DNA from: Paramoeba atlantica
Taxonomy: Eukaryota > Protista > Discosea
Direction: 5' to 3'
Assembly (NCBI GenBank): GCA_977017575.1
Contig: CDRNVI010000045.1
Span: forward strand, 287,087 to 351,086
Length of the DNA: 64,000 nucleotides
Shown here: positions 28,609 to 39,777 of the stretch, in pieces
Layout: each line of letters begins with the position of its first letter
Position numbering within the stretch: position 1 is the stretch's first letter
Made by a program: the position numbers and the translations under genes
The notes under the pieces: model-generated
The model's database searches: none
The model's input: only the letters and a program-made list of their open reading frames with translations
What the model was told of the DNA's origin: nothing

Positions 28609-30341
28609 TGCAGATACCAAGAAGGGTGCAATAAAGGAACGTCGGGCTTATAGTCCTTTAATCTGATATTGTCGTCCTTGGTCCAGGATATGAATCGGCG
28701 CCGGGCGTTCCCCTCCTCATCGGATTCAACTACGGTAAAAGGAATAACGTATTGTAAAGTCGGATGCTGATGGAGTTATTTCTGTTCGACTGTTTCAATC
28801 ACTCCAGCGTCAAGCAAACCAACGACATCAGCTTCCGAAAGATTACCTTTTATTGCTGGTTCGGTCTGCGCTGCAAGTCGCGTGTCAAATAAGTGTCTCA
28901 TCACGGTTTCCAGGCGGTGAAGCGCACCAGGGGACATCCAAGTCTTCACTTTCTGCACGTCCATTACGGGTATTCCAGCCTTAACGTGTAGGGGGAGGTT
29001 CATGTCTTCGGGACGTGCAAGACGGGAAGTGCGCCGCGCGCAAATAACACTGTATCGCCTAACGTGCGGTATTTGATCGAAACAAAGGTTGACATCCTCT
29101 TGAGTTATAGGGTTGGTAGGAGAACCGAAGCTCGCTGCGTACCGAGCGCCTTTGCCGTTGTTATCAGGTTCCCGTTGTATCGTAATAGGGAGTTGATGCA
29201 TTGATGTTTGGCTATGTTTTGCACGTCTGAGAGAGCGACGCGTCCGAGCGCCACCTCGTTGAAGAGATACGTTATCGCGCCCCGCTTCAGGGAGTGTGTC
29301 CCGTAGCCGGGGCCCAGAATTTTCTTCATTTTCACGTCCATTTCCCGAACCGTTGTGCTTGTCACCTGCTGACCCTTCCTCATAAACCGGACGTATTCCG
29401 CAATCTCTAGAGTTCCTTCCCCTTGTATGGCTGTGCACATCGATAAGCGGTACGGGTTGAGACAAGTCGATTTGGTGTTCCGTCCCCAATAGACTATGAC
29501 TTCGTTCGGTTGATTTCGCACGAATCTTTCGAGGGTTAGTTCTGCGACTTCTGTCCATCTGGCTGCGGCCTTCCAACAGATCAACGCGGCGATCCCTTCG
29601 CTTAACGATAATTTTGTCCTTAGCCGGCGTAGTTGCCACGGAGTGATTGGCTCCATCTGACGCGTTGGTTCGAGAGCGCCTCTTGCCTGTAGAGCTTTTG
29701 CAAACATTTTGAGAGGGGTAGGATCGGTTTGACTCAGCTGAAATACGGTTTGAAGATTGCGAGTGTAGCTCAACAGTGTCGCGGGTGCCAGATCCATTTG
29801 CTGAAGGAACAAAACGGCGTGTATTGGATCTGGTGGTACCCCTCTTTCCCGACAAAAAAGTTCGAGCCTTCCCCACAGTCGTGCCCTTGAGAGCCAAGTA
29901 GCATTCGTCCACATGGGATTTATCGCGGTTCTCATTTGGTGTGCTAGAGGGCTCGTACTTGGTAGATTCAAAATTGTGCATGTTAGCTTGTCCTGGGCAG
30001 ACTGCACGTCCAGTTTCCTGATTTTGTTTCCGGCGGGATATACTGCTAGAGATCGTTTGGCCTGACCCGCCCTTGAGTACGTCCTTATTTCCGCCACCCG
30101 ATGCTGTGGCTTCTGCAGTCCCGTTCCGTGACATGCCACAAAGGCATGCACCTTCCCTGCAGAGTGCAAATATGAGCTGAATGATAGACCTGGACAAATC
30201 ACCCGCCGCTTTTTCAGCGGACAGGCACGAGCGATGTAAGGGGTGGGGAGCACTACCTAGTGACTCCTCTTTGCACTCGAAGTGCCGCTCGTCACCCCTC
30301 CGCGAAGACGTAATGTGGGTCACGCTGGAGAAAATGAACAT
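28609..30341 (-). pseudogene. N-terminal part of the RT ORF (overlaps YR in another frame), with in-frame TAA at 28778-28776
   Basis: LPLHVK...; past the TAA the frame continues LHQHPTLQYVIPFTVVE..RRRFISWT..PLLHPSWYLH. Confidence 0.75.
29105..30253 (-). CDS. Tyrosine recombinase (DIRS-order retrotransposon type)
   Basis: Catalytic signature AARWTE (R), HSLKRGA (H-x-x-R), KHQ (H), LLRY (Y). Confidence 0.9.
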   Translation of the reverse strand: MLPTPYIARACPLKKRRVICPGLSFSSYLHSAGKVHAFVACHGTGLQKPQHRVAEIRTYSRAGQAKRSLAVYPAGNKIRKLDVQSAQDKLTCTILNLPSTSPLAHQMRTAINPMWTNATWLSRARLWGRLELFCRERGVPPDPIHAVLFLQQMDLAPATLLSYTRNLQTVFQLSQTDPTPLKMFAKALQARGALEPTRQMEPITPWQLRRLRTKLSLSEGIAALICWKAAARWTEVAELTLERFVRNQPNEVIVYWGRNTKSTCLNPYRLSMCTAIQGEGTLEIAEYVRFMRKGQQVTSTTVREMDVKMKKILGPGYGTHSLKRGAITYLFNEVALGRVALSDVQNIAKHQCINSLLRYNGNLITTAKALGTQRASVLLPTL

Positions 30342-30600
30342 TGGGGGCAGAGTGAGTAAAACTTTAAGGCTACCGCCGAACCTGTTCCCCCCCGAAGCAA
30401 AGCCGCCACTTGCTCCGGGTTAAGCGTGGTACGTTGCTCCCCATACTGCAAACTTGGGTCAACCGGATTAGGGGAAGAAGGATCTTCTCGAACAGGACTA
30501 TGTTGCCTCCCCATTGACAACGTACGGCGAACAGTATTCAAAATGCCGGACATTCGCAATAAAAAGGTTAGAGAAGGAGTGTCACTATACCAAACTAAAT
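30320..30600 (-). pseudogene. ORF1 (gag-like) 5' portion of the YR element
   Basis: MSGILNTVRRTLSM...CPQC directly downstream of repeat A1. Confidence 0.5.
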
Positions 30601-30844
30601 AAATGAAATCTCTAAACAAAACAAACAAATCATATCTCATAATATAAATATTATGTGCCCCCAAGGGCCATTATATCAATCATCCTAAATTTCTAAACGT
30701 ACACTTATATAAACAAAACAAACAAATCATATCTCATAATATAAATATTATGTGCCCCGAAGGGCCATTATATCAATCATCCTAAATTTCTAAACGTATA
30801 CTTATAACAAATATACGAATTCTCAATACTATTAAAATGTGAAG

Positions 30845-31218
30845 GGCACTGGTCGAGCTCCATTGTGGTAGAGCTCCGCTGGTGAGAGAGCCTCGCAAGC
30901 TCCACACACCCTAGCGTGAGTCATCCCTGGTGGTGGAACAGAATATAACGACTGATCCACTACTTCTTTGCCCTAGGATGCGAATCCATCGGGCATTGAA
31001 GTCACGGATGACGAGTCAGGCCACGCAACCTGACAGGTATTGCTTGTCTATCTGCGAGTGCGGCATCCCTCTGGGAAAGTCTGCGCGCGACTGACAGCGT
31101 ACCACCCACGGAGTACGGTAATACCCGGTGCCGTTTCGAACGAGCACTAAATAACTAGGGTGTACTCTGAACCCATAGCCAGTCATGGCCAAACGGGTTA
31201 AACAACAACAACAACAAC
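30845..31218 (+). ncRNA. Multi-hairpin island of about 370 nt ending in motif copy F (31110-31168) and a (CAA)n tract
   Basis: Stems GAGCTC/GAGCTC, GAGC/GCTC, GGTGGTGGA/TCCACTACT, GGAT-GCGA-ATCC, TCAGG/CCTGA, AGTC/GACT, CGTAC/GTACG; TACCC-G-GTGC...GCAC-TAAATAACTA-GGGTG. Confidence 0.55.
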
Positions 31219-31219
31219 T

Positions 31220-31750
31220 TCCAACACATGTCCTGGCATGTTCCGTTTTGTTTTCAGGGTGGATCGTGGCTGCGCACGCAGAGCACTCATAGTAACTGAA
31301 CTGACGAGGTTCACGTTCACACGGCAAGCCAGCTCGGAGGCATAGCTCGTAAAGGTAGCGAACAAGGGCATGATGCTTCGTAGTTACATTGTGTCCTGCA
31401 CATTTGACGCATCCAGGTATGTGGGCTAGCGCTTCCGAGGAGCTTAGGAGCTTTTTGCATCCCGGGCATAGCAACGAGTTTGGCAGTTGTGGGTGGCTTA
31501 TTTTTAGTCGTGACATGATGTTTAGCGTGTAGATGTGCGAAGGAATGATTTTGCGATTCCCGATAAGCCATTCATAGCTCCCTTTCTTGCTGCAAGCTTT
31601 AATCGTCGGAGCCCACTCCTTGTTTTTGAGAAGATTTGTCTGGATTTCTGTGGCTCTTTTGGTCTCCGTCACCACCTCGTCCTCAGGTGTCTTATGTGAT
31701 TCCTCCAACGTCCCTGCAGGTGCTGGCGGTTCCATGCGCTGTGCCATCCG
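31220..31750 (-). pseudogene. Internal zinc-knuckle fragment of CRE-like element
   Basis: CPGCKK..HIPGCVKC..TKHHALVRYL..CEREPRQF. Confidence 0.85.
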
Positions 31751-31780
31751 AGCTGAAAAGGATTTTTGATGCTCAAAAAT

Positions 31781-32240
31781 CCTTGTTGTTGTTTTTGTTG
31801 ATTTTTTACTTACTCTTTTTATTTGAAATGGGCATGCTCACGCGTGCCAAATCGAAGGACACGGGGGTAGCTCCCGTCGTCCAGTTGCTCCCCCCCACGC
31901 GTCGGAAGAAGAAACTCACCGTGGGGCCGCCAGCACCGCCGTCACCTCCGCCAAGACCGCCTCCTCCACAGTCGCCGCCGCCTCCACCACCGCCTGCACC
32001 GCAGTCACCACCACCACCTCAGTCACCCAGGTCACCACCACCACCACCCCAGTCACCGCCAACGCTCATCGACCCGATACCGACACAGAGGACAATAAGC
32101 CCTGAGTTCGTACCGTGCGTAGTCGCCATCTTCCGTGACATGATGCGTGACTACAAGGACATCAGCTACGAAGAAAGAAACAAAGTGTGGAACCGAGTCC
32201 TATCTGCAACAAAGTATTCCCTCGCGGCCTTTCAAGCAGC
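31781..32240 (+). pseudogene. Internally deleted 5' fragment of family-2 CRE-like element with 8-nt SL-like end (CCTTGTTG)
   Basis: MGMLTRAKSKDTGVAP...RRKKK at 31828 fused to PIPTQRTISPEFVPCVVAIFRD. Confidence 0.7.
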
Positions 32241-32442
32241 TGCAGCCAATTTTTTTTTTTTTTTGCTCATCAATAGATCGTCTGGCTGCTTCAAAAAAGT
32301 TTAGACGGGCGAGACGTGATCTCCTTTACCCCCCATTATCTTCTCTCTACCTTATATCCCATACCGTAAACTTATAATAGCTATATTAATTATACTTTTT
32401 TTTTCCTCAAGTTTCCAAGGTTTTTGTTTTTAATGTCAAATT

Positions 32443-34326
32443 CTAGAGGCCCATGTTTTGTGAATCGTCATTAGATAAATAATTTCTCAGCTGAGAGAAT
32501 ACAATCGACCCATTTAACTCCTGCAGGCACAGAGAAAATTCGTTCAGTGTTCGGACCCTATCAAGTCCGCTGCAGTCCGCCAACGTATGCAACAAGTGCC
32601 GGAGCCCGTGATGCATAGCACCACCGGAGAGGACTGGGAGGCATACGAAACGCTCTTGTGGTATCATCCCGGAAGCCACGTATGTGCTGTGCTTGCGCGT
32701 AATGGCCTCTCTCATCAGGGTACCGCTACGTTTCCGTGCATTAGTGGGCGCCAGCTCGTGAATTATTGTTAGGTCATAAAAGATTTCCCCAGTTGCCCAA
32801 TGTATTACAATGTCAGGTCCTGACCGATGGAGGCTCGCATTTCTACAAACTTTTTGATGATCACTTTTTCGCCATTGTGGGAACGATTCCCCGCATGTAG
32901 AGCATTTATAAGAAGTAAACTGTCGAGGTTCCCTTTCGCATGGCACACCCGCCTTCATGCACAGTTCATAGATAATACGCACCAGATTATTATGTTTCAT
33001 TGTTGTATTATTTCCGGAACACTGGACGCATCCAGCTATGTGCGAAAAGGCTGATGAAGAATCCAGAAGGGTGCGACATCCTGGGCATTGCAGACTTTCG
33101 GGAATACGAGGGTGGCTTAGACCAAGACGTGGCATCAAAGCTAATGTGAAGAATTTGGAAGGCACTAACTTTGCCGTCGAATGAAGCCACGCGGAGTTCC
33201 CTTTTTCACTTGCTGCTCTCAGCACTGGTGCAATTTTCGGGTCCTTACTCAACGATTCTTTAATGGCTCTGTTAAGCTTTGCTTCAGTTACAAATTCATC
33301 GTGGGGAGGGGTTACCTGATCTTCATTTCCCACCGGCGATGGAGACGTGAGACTGGGTGCTCGAACTGAATAGGAATTAAGTCGTTCAAGAGCACTGTGC
33401 CTTGATGCTTCATACGCCGATTTTCGCAAGAGATCAGTGGGCGTTAACCCCAATCCTCCGCTCTTCACAGGTAGACGCGCCCAAGCAATTTGCTTTGGTG
33501 TCATCGATCCAAACCATGCAGTAAGAACTTCTTGCACTTGCTTGTCAAAAGATTTTGCCATTTCAAAAGTTTCTTCTGGTCGATGGACCCTTATATGGTA
33601 TCGATGTCGTACATTAACACATCGCGACAGGAGGAGAAGCGAAACGTTGTTTGCTCCCATGTCACAAAGCCGCCGAAAAATAGTTAGATGCTTTTCAAGC
33701 TTGGCAAGAAGCAGCTCACTGACTCTGTCTGCTTCCCCTACGTAGGCTCCTAATGTTTTGACTGCCTTCTCCGCTATCTGAACGCCTTCATTCGCTAGAC
33801 TTTCGGGTAGGCGAATATTGTTCAGACCGCTAAACCATACACACTTTTGAGGGGCAAGGCAGATTTCTTTGCTTAGAAGAAGTTCTTTGAGGCGAACATA
33901 GGCAGCTGCAACAAGATCTTCCTCAGTTGACGCAATATTGATATCATCAACATAAGCGTATATATGTAGCATGGGAAATTCTTGTGCAATTGTCTCCAGT
34001 ATTGGCTGAAGAAAGGAGCAGAAGTATAGTGTCGACAACGGCGACCCTTGGCGAACTTCAGCCGAACTCTCAACTGTTGAAAACAGTTCCCCGTTCTTTC
34101 CGTAAAAGAGGAGTTCAGACGCTGCCCCATATTCGGCAACAAATAGTCGCTGAAAAGGCCGAAGGGCGCTAAAAGCAAAAATTGCTTTTGCAATCTCGTC
34201 GCGTGAAGGGCTATTAAAAGCGTTCTTCATATCCAACGAGAGGATAGCACACCCTTCCATATATCGTCGATTGAGTTCGTGAACAATAGTCCCGCAGCCA
34301 GCGCGACTCATCACCCCATGCTGCAT
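32443..34326 (-). pseudogene. 5'-truncated CRE-like element (RT C-half + RLE, 627 aa open)
   Basis: LDMKNAFN, VRQGSPLS, AYVDDI, RSGPDI..YDLTI. Confidence 0.9.
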
Positions 34327-34519
34327 CGGCAGGAAAAGCTTTTTTTTTTTTTTTTTTTTTTAAAACAAACAAGTAAATTTTTTTTTTTTTTATATGATTT
34401 TAAAACAAGCAATCAAATTAGCAATTTCATATTTTGGAGCCCAAAACTAGCAATTCGATCTCCCGTAAGTATAAGAACATTAAAAACAATAACAATAAAA
34501 ACAAGCAATATATGCCCAA

Positions 34520-34760
34520 TCCATTCGCGCGTTCCGGACCGGGTCTTTCGACCTCTCCACGGCCTGACTTGTGAACCCTTCCCTTGTTATATGGGAGGGC
34601 GCAGGCGCGGGCCTGTGTCGACAGCGACACGGTCGCGAAACAGGATGCTGGCCGACGGGGAGGAAGTTTTAGTTCCCGACCCATGTCCTACCTCACTTGG
34701 AGTACCTAGCCCTTGAGGGCTAGGCGTGAGCATAGACCCTGTCGGCATCGACCAGCATCC
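34520..34760. ncRNA. Highly structured island followed by a T-run; partial second copy at 34866-34910
   Basis: GGATGCTGG/CCAGCATCC, CCGACGGGG/CCCTGTCGG, CCTAGCCC/GGGCTAGG, GTGTCG/CGACAC, GGTC/GACC. Confidence 0.5.
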
Positions 34761-35402
34761 AAATTTTTTTTTTTTTTTTTCAGCCCAAAACTAGCAATTT
34801 AATCTCCCCTAAGTATATACTACAAACAAGAAACAGTAAAAACTAAAACAAGCAATACAGACCCAATCCATTCGCGCGTTCCGGACCGGGTCTTTCGACC
34901 ACTCCACGGCCAAAAAAAGGTTAAACTGCCACGGCATCCACAAATTAAACGAAAAGCCAACGAAGGCAAAAGCCAATCGCAGGCAGATGAGGAAGATAAA
35001 TTGTCGAACTAACAGAATTTCTCGGTTGTTGCAACGAGGGGTGGACAAGATTGATGAAACAGTATTATTATTTATTTATATTTCAATCTAAAAGGTGTGA
35101 AACGAATCGACCTAGGTTTCCTGCTTATATGCGTTAATTTATTATATTTGTTAGTCTGTTTGTATTTGTATTTCATTTGTTGTCAAATTTGGAGGGAGGG
35201 GCATTGTTTGTAGAATTAGTTGAGTTTGTAGGTGCAAAGTTCACCGACGCATGCTAGGAAACGTGCTGCGTAGCCATTTTGATGGATTTACGGTACTTAA
35301 ACAGGGCAAGTAGCCCTGCACTTAATTGGAAACGGGGGGCCAACTAGAGAGTGAAAGAGTACAAAGGCCTCAACTGATATATCAGTGTTGTTGTTGTTGT
35401 TA

Positions 35403-35627
35403 CGACCATTCCAACGATTCTTTGTAACTGAATATTCCGAGCCGACAGAGCTACTGTTCTTTGGCAAAGGTGGGAGTTTATCAGGCCCGATCTTAAGCTC
35501 TGCAGGCGTTCGTCAGGGTTCCCCTTTAGCAACACTCTACTTCTGTGCGTTTCTGCAACCACTTCTCGAGAACATTGCTGCGGAATTCCCGAAGATTGAA
35601 GTCCATGCATTCATGGGGGCTCCATGA
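35403..35627 (+). pseudogene. Short CRE-like RT fragment
   Basis: RPFQRFF..ELLFFG..GVRQGSPLATLYFC. Confidence 0.8.
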
Positions 35628-36129
35628 AACTTATAAGTAACAAACAAATATAAGTAAATACCTATGACTAATATAATCACACTTCCAAATCGTCCCAAAA
35701 TCAAAGAACACATAATACGATATATAGATAGAATTCACATGCACAAACATAGTTCAAAAGAAAGCCTGCATAAAACAAATAATCATGTGTCACGTTGTTA
35801 ACGGGATTCCCCCCCACCGGAACCCTCGGCCAACCTAACAAACAAAATAACAACCTAACAAGGATATATAAGATAATAGTAAATACCCAGCCCATGTAAA
35901 ATTCGGAATACAAATCATAATTCGAAGAAACTATGTGCCCCTAAGGGCCAGCAGGCAAATACATAACAGCCCCTCGGCTAAATTTCAAAACGTGGACTAT
36001 TATTCCTTCTCCTCATTTTTCCTTCCCCCCTTCTCTCGCTTCTTTGAGAGAAAACTACAACCGCACATCTCTAACTATATATTAAAAAACGAGTGTAAGA
36101 AATCCATTCTAAAGAAATTAAAGCTAAAT

Positions 36130-39100
36130 CTAGAAGCCATAAGTATCCTCCTCTGTACGGGGCTCCAAGAACCGACGCAACTGGCAGTTTAACACTGCCC
36201 CATTCAATTCTTGCAAATGCAGCGCAAAGTCTCGTTCCACCGCCTGCGGATTCATGGACGATTTCTCGGCCAAAATGTGCAGTAGCTCTCTTGTGTTGGC
36301 GTGAAGTGATCCGCTTGCAAGGATGGGTAAGCACCGAAAGTTGTCCTCTCTTAATATTTTGGTCGCCACGTACTTGGTGCGTTTCCTCGTGATCGCGTCT
36401 TGGAGTGCTTTTGCTGGCTTGGTACCGAGAATGGAAGGAGCGAGCTCGTGTACGACTGTAAGGTCATAAAAGATCTCCCCTGTGGCCCAATATACTACCA
36501 AATCGGGGCCCGATCGATGCAACGCGCTGCCTTTGCACGCTGTTGCATGCTCCCTCTTTCGCTCTTCGGAAATTACCTCCGAGCACCCGAGGCACGTGTA
36601 CGATGAAAACTGACGGGGCTCCCGCTCGCATGGGATACCGGCCTTCATGCAAAGGTCGTAGATGTAACGAATCAGACAATTGTGCTTCGTAGTCGAATTC
36701 GTTCCGGTGCACCTGACGCATCCCGGCACGTGGGTGAGAGCGGTCTCGCCGTTGATTTCCGTTTTGCAGCCCGGGCAGAGAAAGGATGAAGGGAGCTCCG
36801 GGTGACAGATACCGAGCCTCGGCATCACTGCTAGGGTGTATTGTCGCGTCGGTATAAATCGTTCGGTCGCGTGCAGCCACGAGTAGCTTCCTTTCCGAGT
36901 AGTTGCCTGCATTATCTGCGCAGTTTTCTTGGTTTCACACAGACGCGTTTTTATCGCCTTGTGTACTGCTTTCTCCGCAGACTCTTCTTCCGGTACAGCG
37001 GCCACTGTTGAGGCATCGCACGTCGCGACTTGAGCTGAAAACTTTTTTTGCTGCTCTAAAGCTGCGTGTTGCGAAGCCTCATATGCGGCCACTCGGATAG
37101 AGTCCGTTGAAGACAGGCCCAAACCACCCATCGACAGCGGCAAACGAGCCCACTCGACTTGATCGGATGTCAAAGGACCAAGCCATGCTTTCAGAACGTC
37201 TTCTACCTCTGAGTCAAATTCCTTCGCCATCTCTCCAGATGCCTCCGGCGCGTGCGTTCGAATCTGGTATCTTTGTCTCACATTGACGCATTTCGACAGG
37301 ATGAGGCACGAGACATTATTTGCTCCCATTCTCCGCAATCTTCTAAAAATTGTTTTATGCTTACGAAGATTCCTTAAAAGAAGATTGCTGACCCGTTCAT
37401 TTTCTCCGATGTATGCCCCTAGTGCTTTCAGGGCATCTGACTCAGAATTCACCCCGGCCATCTTTAGAGTCTCTGGAATTTCTCTACCTTCTCTCCCGCC
37501 AAACCACACACATTTTCTGTTAGCGAGTTGTACATCTCTCTCGCCCAAAAGGTCCCACAGTCTATAGAACGCTTTCGTCAAAAGATCCGCGTCGTCGGAC
37601 ACCAGATTTATGTCATCGATATAGGCAAAAATTTTCAGCGTTGGGTATTCAAGAGCCAATGTTGCGAGCATTGGCTGCATGAAGGTGCAGAAAAGAAAGC
37701 TGGAAAGCGGCGACCCCTGCCGCACACCTCGAGAACTACTAACCGTGCCGTGTAGCGTACCATCTTTCCCGTAGAACAACAGTTCAGATGGTTTAGAATA
37801 TTGCGCATGGAAGAGACGTTGGAAAGGACGAAGCGTAGCATAAGAGTACAGAGAGTCGGCGATGTGATCGCGATACGGTGAATTGAATGCATTGCACAGA
37901 TCAATCGACAGAATTTTTTCACCCTTCATGTAGCTCTCCTGAAGTTGATGCACGATGGACTCGCATCCTGATTTTTGCGATACCCCGTATTGCCAAGGAG
38001 CAAACAAAGTGCCAAGGGATCGTTCGTATTTCTGTAGCATAACCACTTCCGCTAGCTTCAGAAACATTTCCCCAACCGCGACAGGGCGAATACCTCCGTC
38101 GGCTTTCGGAATAGCAACCAGCCGCGCTCTTTTAAGTATTGTCATCACCTCGTCCGCTACCTTCCCGTTGATCACATCCAAGAGCATGTGACATAGGGCA
38201 GAGCAACATACTTCGTCATCCAGAAGTATGCGAACGATTCCATCCGTGGTTCCAGAAGGGCCAGGAGCTGCTCCCTTAGCAAGACGTCGTCCAGCCTCTC
38301 GAAGTTCTTGTGTCGATAAAATCGCCAAAGCTGGAGCATCTGCTGGAAGGTGGAATGTGCGTTCGGAATATGGATGAAGCGTTTTCAATTTCGCGATCGT
38401 CTCCTCGTCAGACAGCTTGCGCTCGATTACCTCCTGGTCCAACACTTTTGTGGCCTTAGATGCACATCCCTCAACGACCAACCGAATCGCTTTTTTGATC
38501 GCTCGGGCGTCCGAGGCTTCCTCATCCTCCATCGCATTCTCTGCCTTTTGGAGCTCGCGTTTCGATTTCATTGGCCTTCTGCGACGTCTACGCGTGTAGG
38601 CCTCACGAACAGCAGCTAAAGAGAACTTCATCGCCGACATCAGTCTATGCCAGATTTTGTTTCTCTGATCGTACCCACAGTCCGCATAGTCCCTGATCAA
38701 TTCCCGGTAAACCGCTATGACGCACGGGACGAATTCCGATCCTATCGATTTGACAGTGGGAATTGGCTCCAAATCCAAATCACATTCCGTATTGGTCACG
38801 CTTGGAATTAATGGATCACTTTGATTTGTAGTGGGTGAGTCGCCAGGATTTCCTTGGGCTTCCGGTCCGACTTGTCCATCCATCCACACTATTCTGTATA
38901 TCCTAACATTCGGTTGCGGTGGTAAGGTCCCCACGAAAGCTTCTTGTACTTGATGACCCTTAATCCCCTGATAGTCGATAGCTATTTTGCGAATGCCCGC
39001 TCTTGTTTTAACTGAATCCACCACTCCAATCGAGATATTCAACAAGGGCTGTCGATCAAAACTCCATGCAACTACGCATTCATTCCCTAGTCGAGCGTCT

Positions 39101-39777
39101 TTCGTCTGCTGCGCTATTCGTTCTGGGCTCAGGGGGAAGTCAACACCAATCCGCACCGTAGCGTAAAGCGCTCGAACTATCCGGGTGACCGCATTTACAT
39201 TTCCTGATGTATCTGTGATTCGCAAATCTTCGTTTTCGAATCTCTGCTGCTCATGTGCTGTCGGCGGGCTATCGCAATCCAGAAATTCATTTAACACCTC
39301 ATCAGGTGACATGATACCGGGTGTCAAGGGTCTAGGGGTGGCCTCTGTTACCAGAAAGGGTGGTGGAGAAGAATATTGTGGAGACATGAGTTCTGCAACG
39401 GAAATATTCGTAACCGGTAGCGGAGACGGCAACTTCTGAAATGGGGACGACGGATCTGTTGCCGTATTTTCCGTGGCTTGAGTACGATTCTGCGTGGCCG
39501 CCACCGGTCTCTGCGTGGCCGCCACCGGGCTTTGCGTAGTTCTTTCTTGTGCCTGTGGGGATACCGCTCGGGCGTAAGAAATTTGTTTCTGGCTCACGGT
39601 GTTGGGCGACGTGTCAATGTCCCCCCCAATAATTCGTATTCGCGGGCGGTTCCCGTTCTTCGCCTCTTTTGGTCCATCACAGTTCATGAGATTCAGCCTC
39701 TTGCCAAGGCGACGAAATATATTGGACGGCAGGTGTGCAGTTTTAATTTTAACCGTGGACCCGTTTCCTTCTGTCAT
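36130..39777 (-). CDS. CRE/SLACS-like protein, 1215 aa from ATG 39777 (intact RT + RLE)
   Basis: IRPVAVGE, IDLCNAFN, GVRQGSPLS, AYIDDI, RSGPDL..YDLTV. The upstream poly-K in the ORF track is a poly(A) tract. Confidence 0.88.
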   Translation of the reverse strand: MTEGNGSTVKIKTAHLPSNIFRRLGKRLNLMNCDGPKEAKNGNRPRIRIIGGDIDTSPNTVSQKQISYARAVSPQAQERTTQSPVAATQRPVAATQNRTQATENTATDPSSPFQKLPSPLPVTNISVAELMSPQYSSPPPFLVTEATPRPLTPGIMSPDEVLNEFLDCDSPPTAHEQQRFENEDLRITDTSGNVNAVTRIVRALYATVRIGVDFPLSPERIAQQTKDARLGNECVVAWSFDRQPLLNISIGVVDSVKTRAGIRKIAIDYQGIKGHQVQEAFVGTLPPQPNVRIYRIVWMDGQVGPEAQGNPGDSPTTNQSDPLIPSVTNTECDLDLEPIPTVKSIGSEFVPCVIAVYRELIRDYADCGYDQRNKIWHRLMSAMKFSLAAVREAYTRRRRRRPMKSKRELQKAENAMEDEEASDARAIKKAIRLVVEGCASKATKVLDQEVIERKLSDEETIAKLKTLHPYSERTFHLPADAPALAILSTQELREAGRRLAKGAAPGPSGTTDGIVRILLDDEVCCSALCHMLLDVINGKVADEVMTILKRARLVAIPKADGGIRPVAVGEMFLKLAEVVMLQKYERSLGTLFAPWQYGVSQKSGCESIVHQLQESYMKGEKILSIDLCNAFNSPYRDHIADSLYSYATLRPFQRLFHAQYSKPSELLFYGKDGTLHGTVSSSRGVRQGSPLSSFLFCTFMQPMLATLALEYPTLKIFAYIDDINLVSDDADLLTKAFYRLWDLLGERDVQLANRKCVWFGGREGREIPETLKMAGVNSESDALKALGAYIGENERVSNLLLRNLRKHKTIFRRLRRMGANNVSCLILSKCVNVRQRYQIRTHAPEASGEMAKEFDSEVEDVLKAWLGPLTSDQVEWARLPLSMGGLGLSSTDSIRVAAYEASQHAALEQQKKFSAQVATCDASTVAAVPEEESAEKAVHKAIKTRLCETKKTAQIMQATTRKGSYSWLHATERFIPTRQYTLAVMPRLGICHPELPSSFLCPGCKTEINGETALTHVPGCVRCTGTNSTTKHNCLIRYIYDLCMKAGIPCEREPRQFSSYTCLGCSEVISEERKREHATACKGSALHRSGPDLVVYWATGEIFYDLTVVHELAPSILGTKPAKALQDAITRKRTKYVATKILREDNFRCLPILASGSLHANTRELLHILAEKSSMNPQAVERDFALHLQELNGAVLNCQLRRFLEPRTEEDTYGF

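Larger units (their letters stand above)
23645..30806 (-). mobile_element. Tyrosine-recombinase retrotransposon (TATE/VIPER/Ngaro-like) with split direct repeats A1-body-B1-A2-B2
   Basis: A1 30555-30806 = A2 23915-24166; B1 24167-24413 = B2 23645-23891; ORF1, YR and RT/RNase H between them. Confidence 0.88.

Noticed and set aside
34643-34760. 5S rRNA (similar length, GGATGC start, T-run)
   Set aside because: It lacks the conserved 5S loop sequences and internal control region, and the helix layout differs.
35310-35345. Group I or lariat-capping ribozyme core (CACTTAATTGG-AAACGG-GGGG)
   Set aside because: Only a short resemblance recalled from memory; no P7 or other core elements are visible.
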